Source: Candidatus Omnitrophota bacterium (GTDB lineage Bacteria > Omnitrophota > Gorgyraeia > Zapsychrales > Zapsychraceae). Taken from it: a DNA stretch of 64,000 bases. Under the pieces are notes generated by a model. That model saw only the letters and a list, made by a program, of their open reading frames with translations. It was not told the origin of the DNA and searched no databases. The translations under genes and the position numbers were made by a program. The stretch covers positions 54,591 to 118,590 of the forward strand of contig JADFXT010000003.1 of NCBI GenBank assembly GCA_015233405.1, in the 5' to 3' direction. Shown here in pieces: positions 24,094 to 35,800 of the stretch; position 1 is the stretch's first letter; each line of letters starts with the position of its first letter.

Positions 24094-24480
24094 TTAGGAT
24101 TTATTTAGCAATTTTGAGACAGCTGCAATCAGTTCTTCCGGCACCACAGGCTTGGTTAAATAAGCATCCGCCCCCATTTTCTTGCCAATTTCCTTATCCT
24201 CCTTTAAATCGCGGGAGGTCATAAAAATAATAGGGATCGCTTTATATTCTTCCTGGGATTTAAGTAGTTGGCAGAAATTATAACCGTTGATGATAGGCAT
24301 CATCACGTCTAAGACAATCAAATCTGGCCGTTCGTCAACCGCCATTTGAAGCCCATCAGCGGCATCGGTCGACGACATGACCCTATATCCATTGTCTGAA
24401 AGATGACTTCGCAGCAACTTTACTGAAAGAATATCATCATCAACAACTAATATGACTTTCTGTTTCTCAGTAGGATCCAT
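24094..24480 (-). CDS. stand-alone response-regulator receiver protein (CheY-like)
   Basis: VILVVDDD, DLIVLDVMMP and KP motifs. The ATG at 24480 is preferred over the track TTG at 24510. Confidence 0.85.
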   Translation of the reverse strand: MDPTEKQKVILVVDDDILSVKLLRSHLSDNGYRVMSSTDAADGLQMAVDERPDLIVLDVMMPIINGYNFCQLLKSQEEYKAIPIIFMTSRDLKEDKEIGKKMGADAYLTKPVVPEELIAAVSKLLNKS

Positions 24481-24722
24481 AAACTTGTACTCCAAAATAG
24501 TTTGAAGCAAGCATTCGGGTTTTAAATAATTTCTAATAGAATTACATCAGTGCCTATAATTGTCAAATGTTTTCTATAATCCTGTTCTTTTCATTATCCT
24601 ACCTCCTAAAAACCGATCTTGACCAACGAATGTTGGATAAATAGATTGTTGAGGTTTTTTATTTATAGTAAAGTATATTAAATTATTAGAAATGTTAGCC
24701 CCATCCTCTTTGAGGTGCTCTT

Positions 24723-25997
24723 ATGATTAAAAAGATTCTATTAATATTAATTATCTTCTCTGTTTGCCTTCCAAACACTTTTCTTGGAGCGCAGGAACAT
24801 TTTGATACAGACAGCATCCCTAGCTTAAAAACACTGGCAGAAGCCAGAGGCAAATATATCGGGACAGCCGTTGATATCCGGTCGCTTAAATATGATCCAG
24901 AATGTTCCCAAGTGTTGGCTGATCAATTTAATGTAATTACTCCAGCCAACGCCTTGAAATTTGATGCGACAGAACCTGGAAGGAACATTTTTTCTTTTAA
25001 AGACGCAGATGCCATTTTGAATTTTGCCACAATCCACAACATGAAAATGCGGGGTCATACACTGGTATGGTACCTACAAATTCCCTCCTGGCTTGCCAAA
25101 GGAAAACATTCCAAAGAAGACCTCAAAGAAATCCTGCACAATCATATTAAATCTGTCGTCGGGCGCTATAAAGGGAAAATTTACAGCTGGGATGTGGTCA
25201 ATGAAGCATTTCAATCTAACGGGACTTTGCGACGGAACGTATGGCTTAACAATATTGGAGCGGAATACATTGAACTTGCCTTTCGATGGGCCCATGAAGC
25301 AGACCCGAATGCGTTATTATTTTATAATGAAGACGGCATTGAAATGCGAAATAAAAAGTCCGACGCCGTCTATGAGCTTATCAAAAAATTAAAAGCCAAA
25401 GGGGTTCCTATCGACGGGATCGGATTCGAAGGGCACTTCGACCTAGCCCCTGAAGGAACGATGAAAAACATGGCCGCCAATATCAAACGATTTGCCGAAC
25501 TTGGTCTTGAGACGGATTTTACCGAGGTTGACGTCACGCTTGCCGAGAATATCTTACGGAAGAAATTTTATAAAATTATCCCTAACGGGAAAAACATTCT
25601 GGATGCCTTAATCCAAAAGAAAATCCTGTTAGACATCTCTTTAACCAAAGTCCGTTTAAGGTATCATATTAACAACATAGAAAATGCTGTGCGAAATATT
25701 GCCGGCGAAGATTTCGATAAAGTCTGGGCTATTTTAAAACAATCCTATATCAATAGCCCGACGATCAATAAAGAAAAGAAACTGGAAAAACAAGCGAAGA
25801 TCTTTAACGACGTTTGCACGGTCTGCCTCAATAATCCGAGTTGCAAAATAATTATATTCTGGGGATTTACCGATAAACATTCGTGGTTAAGAAGATTTCA
25901 CAATGATGATGCGCCCTTGATTCTTGATCAGCAATATCATCCCAAGCCAGCCTATTACAAGATCATCAAGGCGTTTCAAAACAAAGAATCTAACTAA
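24723..25997 (+). CDS. secreted glycoside hydrolase family 10 (endo-1,4-beta-xylanase-like) with an internal insertion
   Basis: Signal peptide. GHTLVW, WDVVNEA (acid/base Glu), TEVDV (nucleophile Glu), WGFTDKHSWL. An extra helical-looking segment lies between the last two motifs. Confidence 0.8.
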   Translation: MIKKILLILIIFSVCLPNTFLGAQEHFDTDSIPSLKTLAEARGKYIGTAVDIRSLKYDPECSQVLADQFNVITPANALKFDATEPGRNIFSFKDADAILNFATIHNMKMRGHTLVWYLQIPSWLAKGKHSKEDLKEILHNHIKSVVGRYKGKIYSWDVVNEAFQSNGTLRRNVWLNNIGAEYIELAFRWAHEADPNALLFYNEDGIEMRNKKSDAVYELIKKLKAKGVPIDGIGFEGHFDLAPEGTMKNMAANIKRFAELGLETDFTEVDVTLAENILRKKFYKIIPNGKNILDALIQKKILLDISLTKVRLRYHINNIENAVRNIAGEDFDKVWAILKQSYINSPTINKEKKLEKQAKIFNDVCTVCLNNPSCKIIIFWGFTDKHSWLRRFHNDDAPLILDQQYHPKPAYYKIIKAFQNKESN

Positions 25998-26759
25998 ATG
26001 GAAAGATTGTCTTCTCCTGTTAAAAAAGTCGGCATTACCGGTGCGTCAGGAAATATCGGGACAACCCTCCAGATGAGGTTCTGTAAAGAATATGACCTGT
26101 CCCTGTATGATATCAAAGAAGGAAACCGTGCTTGCAATGCAAATTTTGTCAAAGTAGATCTTGCGGAAAAAAATAAAATCAATGGGATTTTTAATGGACT
26201 AGACGCACTGATTCATTTGGCTGCTGATCCGAGGCCAGACGCCCCCGAGCAGCTAACCTATAGGAATAATTTTACCGTAACAAAGTTTGTTTTTGAAGAA
26301 GCTCATCGGGCTGGAATAAAAAAAATCATTTTTGCGAGCTCGAATTTTTATCATGAACAAGCCATCACACAAAAACTCAATGGAACAATGAAAGGGCTTA
26401 TCACGCTCGATATGCCTCCAAGTCCGGCATGCCTCTATGGAAAATCTAAAGTATTTGGAGAAAAACTCGGCCGGCATTTTTCTCGTCTAGGCATGCAATT
26501 TGTGGCGCTTAGAATCGGCTGGACTGTCCCTGAAGATAATCCTACGGTCTATGGAGGAGATTATATGCGCGCGGTTTTTTGCAGCAAACGAGATCTTGGG
26601 GAGGCGTTCTCAAAGGCGCTTGAAGTTGAGACTAATTTCTTAGCGGCGTTCGCGGTGAGTAATAACAGCCATACGGTCTTTGATCTTACAGAGACTAAAG
26701 AAAAATTAGGATTTTTTCCTCAAGATGATGCAGAAAACTATTATAAGGCGAGTAAATAA
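25998..26759 (+). CDS. NAD-dependent epimerase/dehydratase family protein
   Basis: GITGASGNIGT Rossmann motif and a YGKSK catalytic motif. The start abuts the GH10 stop (TAAATG). Confidence 0.8.
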   Translation: MERLSSPVKKVGITGASGNIGTTLQMRFCKEYDLSLYDIKEGNRACNANFVKVDLAEKNKINGIFNGLDALIHLAADPRPDAPEQLTYRNNFTVTKFVFEEAHRAGIKKIIFASSNFYHEQAITQKLNGTMKGLITLDMPPSPACLYGKSKVFGEKLGRHFSRLGMQFVALRIGWTVPEDNPTVYGGDYMRAVFCSKRDLGEAFSKALEVETNFLAAFAVSNNSHTVFDLTETKEKLGFFPQDDAENYYKASK

Positions 26760-26788
26760 TTCCTTTCCCGACCATCGTCATATAGTTG

Positions 26789-27667
26789 TTAAATATCTCC
26801 GCCAGCCGCCCGATGAAGCATCCGTTCTTCCTGCTTATGCCTGATTTGCGATTTGACCGGTATCTCGAACAAGACAATATAAAAAAGCTTCAAAAAACTT
26901 ATTGATGCCGTGAATATATTGAAATGGTGTTCTTTGTGCAGCTCTAACGATAAAGAAGAAGCCCGCCTGAACATCAAAATATGGTATGTCAAGACTTGAG
27001 CCAAAGGCACATTTTTCGCTTCCGTATATATCCGATTGAGCATCGCCCCTAATTGAAAATATTTATTCTCACGATAAGAATTATATAACTCAAAATGTCT
27101 TACAATGGCCCTTTCCGCATACCAGATCCTAAAATGATGCTTTCTTATCCTGTCTATCAAATCTCTCTCGTCGTGATAATGAGAATACTTTAAATTTGGA
27201 TCAAATGAGAATTTTTCAAATATTTTAGATCTGAAAGCCATGTTGCATCCGAATATGCCGCCGGCATACATATAAGGCTCATTCGTGTTTTTGACGTAAG
27301 ACAACCCTCCGACGGCCATAACATCTTTACTAAAAATAAACGGCCGAGTTAATTCTTTTAACCAATCCTTATTAACAATGCAATCGTCATCGGTAAAGGC
27401 AATGATTTCACCGGTGGAATGCTTCACCCCCAAGTTATATAAAAAGGCAGTTGATATTTTCTTCTCATTACGGATTAAAATAAATCTCTTGTCTTGACTA
27501 TAGTGCTTCTGGAGGAATTCCTTTGTCCCGTCGCTGGACCCGTCATCAACAATAACAAGATTGTAGTTGGAATAATCGGACGCCAGAATTGAAGCTATAA
27601 CCTGTTGGAGGGCTTCTTTCCTGTTTTTTGTTCTTATGACTATAGATACGAAAAGCGCTTTATTCAT
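26789..27667 (-). CDS. glycosyltransferase family 2
   Basis: VSIVIRTKNRKEAL...VDDGSSDGT...FTDDD motifs. Confidence 0.85.
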   Translation of the reverse strand: MNKALFVSIVIRTKNRKEALQQVIASILASDYSNYNLVIVDDGSSDGTKEFLQKHYSQDKRFILIRNEKKISTAFLYNLGVKHSTGEIIAFTDDDCIVNKDWLKELTRPFIFSKDVMAVGGLSYVKNTNEPYMYAGGIFGCNMAFRSKIFEKFSFDPNLKYSHYHDERDLIDRIRKHHFRIWYAERAIVRHFELYNSYRENKYFQLGAMLNRIYTEAKNVPLAQVLTYHILMFRRASSLSLELHKEHHFNIFTASISFLKLFYIVLFEIPVKSQIRHKQEERMLHRAAGGDI

Positions 27668-27692
27668 TTTTCGTTTAAACTCTTATGGAGCC

Positions 27693-28886
27693 TTATCTTT
27701 TCTTAAAGGTTAACCCCAAATAATACCTGAATTTTATCCGAAAAGCGGAAAATGAAATCATGCTCATTTGAAGGATATCTTTACAAAAAAATATAAATCT
27801 CGTCGAAAACTTTAAGAAGCCCCAGCTATTAACATTCTTAAGCCCGTAATGGCGCCGCAGCCAGGTCATATAACTTGCCCAAACCATATAAATAAATTTC
27901 TCCCAAAATGTTTGGGGCTGCGCTTGGTCCATCGTCAGACGATAATGCACGCGTTCCATCCGCAAAACTTGTAAATTCTGAAACTGTTCAACCACCTCCG
28001 TGGGGATAGGCGCTTTCAGCGTCGTCGCCAAGTATCGAACCACATCCCGCATCTGCAGCGTCACGCTCATCTCTCGCGAAAGGCGAATAATCCGCTCCCA
28101 ATCCAAGGACTTAGAAACACGAAGAATTTTCATCGCATCCGGCATACACTTCACCGCGCTACTTTGCGCCCAGCTATAAGGATTGACGCCTTTTTTGCGT
28201 GCGCCGTGAACACACACATGAAGGAACTGGTCTGAAGCTGACAATCCTTTAATAGATATTCCGTCAAAGAGAAAAGGTTTTGCATCCGCCCAGAAATCGT
28301 CATCGACGGAAGTTTTATAACTACACCATAAACTTTCCCAATGAAGATCAATAAAAAGGCCCTGAGGATTACGAAAACCTATGGAATGGCACCATTTCAT
28401 CAATTCCTCTATCGAGTATTCAAGGGATTCATAGCGTTTAAAACCATAGGACCCTAACAGTTGAGAAACCCTGATCACCTCCTGCCGAGGGATCAAAATA
28501 TCCACGTCCCACATCGGACGCAGGCCAAAATCTTTATAATAATTCAGCGTTAACCCCATTCCCTTTAAAGAAAGCATGGGGATCTTTTCATTTTCCAAAG
28601 CCCTTAGGACAGGACTAATTTTCTTTAGAAGAAATTGGTTCTTAAACCATATCGAACGGTAAACACCTTTGAATTTGTTCATATATGGTTCATGGATACG
28701 ATCTTTTAAATTCTGATAAAGCATGGCGCCTAATGGATAAAACTGATGGTCGATCTCTTTGACGCCGTTTTCCTGAATCCATGTCTGCCAGGCGACAACC
28801 GCCTCATCTTCATTCCATAAAGCGGCCTTTAAAAGCAATTCTTCGCCGCGGGAAGGATACCAATTTAGTATTTCATTGTCTTTCAT
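27693..28886 (-). CDS. uncharacterised nucleotidyltransferase-family protein (NTP_transf_5-like)
   Basis: 397 aa. LKGMGL...GLRPMWDVDILI (DxD) pattern typical of this family. Confidence 0.65.
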   Translation of the reverse strand: MKDNEILNWYPSRGEELLLKAALWNEDEAVVAWQTWIQENGVKEIDHQFYPLGAMLYQNLKDRIHEPYMNKFKGVYRSIWFKNQFLLKKISPVLRALENEKIPMLSLKGMGLTLNYYKDFGLRPMWDVDILIPRQEVIRVSQLLGSYGFKRYESLEYSIEELMKWCHSIGFRNPQGLFIDLHWESLWCSYKTSVDDDFWADAKPFLFDGISIKGLSASDQFLHVCVHGARKKGVNPYSWAQSSAVKCMPDAMKILRVSKSLDWERIIRLSREMSVTLQMRDVVRYLATTLKAPIPTEVVEQFQNLQVLRMERVHYRLTMDQAQPQTFWEKFIYMVWASYMTWLRRHYGLKNVNSWGFLKFSTRFIFFCKDILQMSMISFSAFRIKFRYYLGLTFKKR

Positions 28887-28946
28887 ATTTATTTATCTTC
28901 CGTAATCTTTTGAGTCTTCCGCTGCCTATCGCGGTTTCGCCGATGC

Positions 28947-29627
28947 TCAACCATTCCCTCGGACATTTCGTCCTCGGTCAAGATGTTCTTTTAAAAGCAA
29001 CACATAATCTTTCCGATGATGACGCTCAAGAATTCCCACATTTGTTTTATGAATCCGGCGAAATGTCACCACGTCTTTGAGGACAAAAGCCTTCAACCCC
29101 ACTTCCACGCTATAAGCATACCACGTTGCAAAATCGGTAAGTTTTTTTGTTTCTTCAAACCATCCCGCTTTAAAAAAAGCTTCCCGTCTTATCACCATTG
29201 ACGACGGAATAATCCCAGGAAGGATCTCGTTGGCCGGAGGCGCCGCCTTTTTTAATTCAGCGCTGTAGAATTGTTTAACATGCCCAAAAACCAAATCGAT
29301 TTCCAAATGGCTTGTAAGATAATCCATTTGTAATGCGAGTTTTTCTTTAACCCACAGATCATCCGCGTCCAGAAAAGCAAAATAATTTCCTTTTGCTTCA
29401 CGAACGGCCCGATTACGCGCTACGCCCTGGCCTAAATGGCCCTGATTAAAATAACGAACAGAAGGAAACTGCTTGGCCACTTTTGCGGTATCATCCGTCG
29501 AGCCATCATCCACAACGATAATTTCAAAAGAAAGATATGTTTGACAAAGGATGCTATCAATCGCCTCGGCCAAATATTTCTCGCCGTTATAAACAGGGAC
29601 AATGACGCTTACCAATGGGTCGGCCAT
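28947..29627 (-). CDS. glycosyltransferase family 2
   Basis: VSVIVPVYNGEKYLAEAIDSILCQTY...VDDGSTD...LDADD. Confidence 0.85.
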   Translation of the reverse strand: MADPLVSVIVPVYNGEKYLAEAIDSILCQTYLSFEIIVVDDGSTDDTAKVAKQFPSVRYFNQGHLGQGVARNRAVREAKGNYFAFLDADDLWVKEKLALQMDYLTSHLEIDLVFGHVKQFYSAELKKAAPPANEILPGIIPSSMVIRREAFFKAGWFEETKKLTDFATWYAYSVEVGLKAFVLKDVVTFRRIHKTNVGILERHHRKDYVLLLKEHLDRGRNVRGNG

Positions 29628-29629
29628 AG

Positions 29630-30727
29630 TTACGCTCTTAGTTCGTTTAATAAATCCTGAATCGCTAAAGGGATGCCGGATAAATTTGTTCCCACCTCAA
29701 GAATATAACCGGGGATCTGCCTGACAAGGTTGCCGAAATTCTTAATGTCCACCTCTCCTCCGAGGCTTAAAACCTGATTATTTAACTGAAATATAGTATT
29801 GGGAACTAAATTCTTTAAAATGACAGCCGCAGATGTTTTTGTGAGCCGCGTCTCTTTTAAATTGCTGATCTGAGGGATCAAAATTGCCCGGCATGGAAAA
29901 CCGTTGATCATTTTATCCGGAAAATATTCATTGAGAAAAAGTAAGGCCTTTTCCGAATCCAGATGGTCCTTATTTGAAACCAAATTTTGCATATGAGACA
30001 ATAAATTTTTAAGATTATCCGGATTGACTTTAGCCGAGCTGTAAAGACTATGAATATATGGTTCAGGGTCGTTGCTGAATAAACAATAATCATCCCCGGC
30101 GTAAAAAAGACCTGAATTCAAAGACGAAAGCGCCGCGGTAGATTTTCCCGAGCCGCTTTTTCCGATCAATAAAACACCGCCTTTTTCTGTGCCAATGGCC
30201 CCGCCATGGGTCAATTGCCTGCCACGAATGAGCATCCACCAATGTAAAATAGGCATCATCGGAGCGCCCTTTTCATAATAAGGAATCTGTTGGGCATCTC
30301 TCACCAAATAAAATCCGACATTAGATGACATATCCAATAGACTTAAAATGCCTCGGCCAAAATTATAATTGGCTTTAATAGAATTGTCTTCTTGGCCTCC
30401 TATAGGTTTGATGTGCCATTGCCAGGCAGCATCCTTGGTCCAAGGAAAAACCGGCATCACAGCTTGGGTGGAAACACTGTCGAAAAAGCAAATAGTTAAC
30501 GATGGATTATCGACCGCCTCCGTAGCAAGATGTTCCAAGGCGGGCGTAATAAATGGCATTAACGTTGGCCCGGCAAAACGCAAGCGGACGCTAAATCCAG
30601 CGATGTTGTAGAAACGCTCGATCGGTTTACCGACGGACTTTTCGGTTTCCCGGAATACAGTAGAAACGGCTTGAAAAAACGATCTGGGCGTGGCGTTCTC
30701 TATTTTCTTTTGAGGGGAATTATTCAC
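29630..30727 (-). CDS. HPr-kinase-related P-loop protein (HprK-like kinase)
   Basis: 365 aa. HGGAIGTEKGGVLLIGKSGSGKSTAALS resembles the HprK C-terminal catalytic P-loop. Adjacent to a PqqD-family gene. Confidence 0.65.
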   Translation of the reverse strand: MNNSPQKKIENATPRSFFQAVSTVFRETEKSVGKPIERFYNIAGFSVRLRFAGPTLMPFITPALEHLATEAVDNPSLTICFFDSVSTQAVMPVFPWTKDAAWQWHIKPIGGQEDNSIKANYNFGRGILSLLDMSSNVGFYLVRDAQQIPYYEKGAPMMPILHWWMLIRGRQLTHGGAIGTEKGGVLLIGKSGSGKSTAALSSLNSGLFYAGDDYCLFSNDPEPYIHSLYSSAKVNPDNLKNLLSHMQNLVSNKDHLDSEKALLFLNEYFPDKMINGFPCRAILIPQISNLKETRLTKTSAAVILKNLVPNTIFQLNNQVLSLGGEVDIKNFGNLVRQIPGYILEVGTNLSGIPLAIQDLLNELRA

Positions 30728-30748
30728 GAGAGATAGACGTTCAGTTTT

Positions 30749-31192
30749 TTAGGCATCCGGCTTTCTATTAGGCCAGCCTCTTTCATCAACATCATCAATG
30801 GGGTCTAAAAGAAGCAGATCCTGCATATCGGAATACTTATGCACAACAGGCGCTTCAAATGGGATCTTTTGTCCCGTCATAGACGTTTCAATCTTTGGAT
30901 GAGCGCTATCGACATTTCTAATGTCTGTCGCATCACAAGAGGAAATAAGACCTTCTTTTTCCAGTTCTGCAATAAACCCCACAACCACAGCCTCTAAGTT
31001 TGCAGGGCTTTCCTCATAACGTTTAGACAGATCCTCGACGATATTTTGAGCCGACGCGCCTTGCGCTAATGAGTCCCAAACAAGAATCCCTGCCTTATCA
31101 AGGCTATAATATTTTCCGCTATCAAAATTGATAATGACCGTTTCTTCTTCAATGGTCTCGTAAGAAATCTTTGCATTTATTTTATAAAACAT
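30749..31192 (-). CDS. PqqD-family (RRE-type peptide-binding) protein
   Basis: 147 aa. INFDSGKYYSLDKAGILVWDSLAQGASAQNIVEDLSKRYE...FIAELEKEGLI matches the PqqD fold pattern. Confidence 0.7.
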   Translation of the reverse strand: MFYKINAKISYETIEEETVIINFDSGKYYSLDKAGILVWDSLAQGASAQNIVEDLSKRYEESPANLEAVVVGFIAELEKEGLISSCDATDIRNVDSAHPKIETSMTGQKIPFEAPVVHKYSDMQDLLLLDPIDDVDERGWPNRKPDA

Positions 31193-31213
31193 ATCCGACT
31201 CCTTTTGCTGCCT

Positions 31214-31241
31214 ATTTTAACACACATTAAATCCCTTGCAA
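31214..31241 (-). promoter_or_regulatory. sigma70-type promoter candidate (TTGCAA-16 nt-TAAAAT) for the PqqD-led operon
   Basis: Minus strand reads ttgcaa gggatttaatgtgtgt taaaat, followed by an AAAGGAG RBS. Confidence 0.4.
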
Positions 31242-31273
31242 TGAAACAATGTTTGAATTCTAGCGGGTATAAT

Positions 31274-31302
31274 CAAAAAAGGGCTTGATTTCTCAAGCCC
31301 TT
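31274..31302 (-). terminator. rho-independent terminator downstream of gap
   Basis: Minus-strand RNA: aagggcuuga-gaaa-ucaagcccuu followed by uuuuga. Lies 36 nt after the gap stop. Confidence 0.7.
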
Positions 31303-31337
31303 CTTTGTCACTTGCTCAGATAAATTTAAACGATGGT

Positions 31338-32423
<1,086 letters not shown>

Positions 32424-32468
32424 TTAACTGATATTAAAAAATTTTTCTAAGTATGAATTTGAATTATT

Positions 32469-32497
32469 ACAATATACACAGACCGAAAACTTGTCAA
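32469..32497 (-). promoter_or_regulatory. promoter candidate for gap (TTGACA, then TATATT/TATTGT)
   Basis: Minus strand reads ttgaca agttttcggtctgtg tatatt gt. The spacer is 15 or 17 nt depending on the -10 choice. Confidence 0.35.
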
Positions 32498-32505
32498 GGG
32501 GATAG

Positions 32506-32835
32506 TTACTTGTCTTTTTCCTGGGAGGCCTGCTCAGCTTTCAACTCTTCCTCAACTTTCAGTATATATTTCTGCGGGTCTTTCTTAAATGCACTAATAC
32601 ATCCTGCGCAACAAAAATGGTAGATCTTTCCCTCATATTCATAAATGGCCGACGCCATGCCGCTATTGCTAACGATCTTTGCGCCAGAGATCGGACAAAT
32701 TTTGTTACCCACATCTTGCGATTGTGTAACCTTATCCGTCCCATTGGTATCGCTTGTCGCATTTTGAGCCTGCGCCGATTGATGGCTTGCCAATAATAAA
32801 ATACCCAAAACCATAACAACATAGAATCTTTTCAT
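32506..32835 (-). CDS. exported YHS/TRASH-type metal-binding domain protein
   Basis: Signal peptide. CPISGAKI...YEYEGKIYHFCCAGCISAFKKDPQKY. The ATG at 32835 (GAGGAG RBS) is preferred over 32865. Confidence 0.75.
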   Translation of the reverse strand: MKRFYVVMVLGILLLASHQSAQAQNATSDTNGTDKVTQSQDVGNKICPISGAKIVSNSGMASAIYEYEGKIYHFCCAGCISAFKKDPQKYILKVEEELKAEQASQEKDK

Positions 32836-32848
32836 CTGACTGCTCCTC

Positions 32849-35800
32849 TCATTTGCTGACATCAACGGTTCCCTGTTTCATTTCGTACCGCCATTTCCAA
32901 ATGGAATAAATCGGCGGATAAACCAGCAATTCCAAAATAAAGCTCGTCAATATGCCTCCGATCATCGGTGCGGCAATGCGTTTCATCATGTCCGCGCCAG
33001 CGCCCATGGACCACATAATAGGAAGAAGCCCCATGAACATCGCCATCACCGTCATCATCTTAGGACGAATACGCTTAACGGCTCCGTGAATAATCGCCTC
33101 GTCGAGGTCTTCCCTTGTTTTCATCTTCCCCTGCCTCGCCATATCATGATACGACATATCGAGAAACAGAAGCATAAATACGCCGGTCTCGGCATCAAGC
33201 CCCATCAGCGCGATCATCCCCACCCACACTGCGATGGACATATTGTAGTGTAAAATATAGAGAAACCAAATAGCTCCGACCAAAGAAAACGGTACAGCCA
33301 GCATGACAATGGACGCCTTAATCGGAGATTTGGTATTCATATACAGCAAAATAAAAATCAGAAAAAGTGTAATAGGAATAACCACTTTGAGCCGCTCTCG
33401 AACCCGCAGCATGTTCTCATATTGTCCGCTCCATGAAAGCGCATAGCCCGTCGGTAATTGTATCTTTTCACGGACAATTTTGCGCGCCTCGGTGACATAG
33501 CTTCCGACGTCTCGGCCAGCGATATCGACATACACATAGCCGGCAAGCATGCCATTCTCATCGCGGATCATGGCCGGACCCAACGATAAATGGATATCCG
33601 CCAATTCTTCGAGCGGGATCTGTGCCCCCGCCTCCGTCGGAACTAAAACACGCTTAAGCTTTTCTAGATCATCGCGAAATTCCCTCGCGTAACGGACATT
33701 GACCGTGTAGCGCTCTCGGCCTTCCACCGTGGTCGTGACCGCCTCGCCGCCGATGGCAGAGGTAATGATCTCTTCCGCATCTTTGACCGACAAACCGTAA
33801 CGAGCAAGCTGCTCACGCTTGATATCAAAATCCAGAAAGTATCCGCCGGTCACGCGCTCTGCAAAAACTGAGCGAGTGCCTTTGATATCCTTCATCACAG
33901 ACTCAAGGCTGAGGCCGATCTTCTCGATTTCTTTTAAATCGGCGCCATAAATCTTTATTCCGACCGGAGTGCGCACGCCCGTCGACAACATATCGATCCG
34001 CGCCTTAATAGGCATGGTCCATGCATTCGAGACACCAGGGAATTGCATCTTTCGGTCCAAATCATTGATCAAATCTTCATAAGTAATACGGTCGCGCCAA
34101 ATCGGCCTAAACGGTGTTTGAAGAAATTCCGGAAGCCCCGAATACCAGCGGTCAACTTTTCGCCACTGGTTCTCTGGCTTTAAGACAACCGTTGTTTCCA
34201 TCATAGAAAACGGCGCTGGATCCGTCGATGTTTCCGCGCGGCCGGCCTTCCCAAAGACCCGTTCAACCTCCGGCGCACTTTTTAGGATCTTATCCATGGA
34301 TTGAAGAAGCTTCTGCGTCTCCGTGACCGATATGCCCGGCATGGTCGTCGGCATATACAAAATCGTTCCTTCATTTAATGGCGGCATAAACTCCGACCCT
34401 AACTGAAAGAAGACGGGAATAACCGAAAGCATTAAAATTCCTGCGGTGATAATCGTTGCCTTGCGATGCTTAAGGACAAATCTGCACGCCGGCTCATAAA
34501 TACGAAAGAGCGTCTTGCTGATCGGATGTTTCTCTTCCGGATAATATTTCCCGACGGTGGCTGCGTTGAACAAATTGGAAAGCCAGCGCGGCTTAAAATG
34601 TTTATAGTCCATCCGCGTAAAAAGCATCCGCATAGCCGGATCGAGCGTAATGGCCAAGAGCGCGGCAATGGCCATGGCCAAGTTTTTGCTAAAAGCGAGC
34701 GGTCTAAATAATCGCCCCTCTTGGTCGACGAGAGTAAAGACCGGCAAGAACGCCACCGCTATGACTAATAAGGAAAAGAATACGGACGGGCCGACTTCCT
34801 TAAGTGCATTGAGCCGAACGACATGAAAATCCCCCTTGCGTCCTCCGGCGTCCCACAATTGCAATTTCTTATAGGCATTCTCAACCTCGACAATCGCTCC
34901 GTCGACAAGAACACCGATGGAAATGGCAATACCAGATAAACTCATAATATTTGAGGTCAGTTTCATCCCGAACATCGGAATAAAAGAAAGTAGAACGGCA
35001 ATGGGGATCGTAACGATAGGAATAATGGCCGACGGGAAATGCCATAAGAATATGAGAATAACCAAGCTGACGATGATCATTTCTTCAATGAGCTGGTGTT
35101 TGAGCGTTTCAATGGATCGCTTGATCAAATCCGACCGGTCATAGGTAGGAATGATGTCAACGCCTGCCGGCAAAGACGGCTTGATCTCTTCGATCTTTTC
35201 TTTAACGCGAGTGATGACATTAAGCGCGTTCTCACCGTAACGCATGATGACAATGCCGCCGACGGTGTCACCCTGGCCGTCTAAGTCCGCGACCCCTCGG
35301 CGGATATCCGGACCCAATACCACTTGCGCAACATTCTTGACCAATACAGGTGTCCCAGACGGGTCAGAACCAATGACGACATTAGCGATATCTTGCGGAG
35401 ATTTCGCGTAACCACGGCCGCGGATCATATATTCCGCTCCGGAAAATTCCACCAACCGTCCACCCACATCATTATTACTGTCACGAATAGCGTCCACCAC
35501 TTTGGTCAGTGGGATTTTGTAGGACAAAAGCGCGTTCGGGTCAATATTCACTTGATATTGCTTCTGGAATCCACCGACGGAAGCAACCTCAGCCACACCG
35601 GGAACGCCTTGAATCCAATAGCGCAGATACCAATCCTGAAAACCACGAAGCTTGGACAAATCGTTCTTGCCAGTCTTGTGGCTTTGGCTATGTGGAGAGC
35701 CAAACCACTGCCTTTCTGGCTTGTCCACAAGCGCGTATTGATACACCCATCCGACGGAACTAGCGTCAGGACCGATCTCGGTCCGTACACCTTCAGGCAA

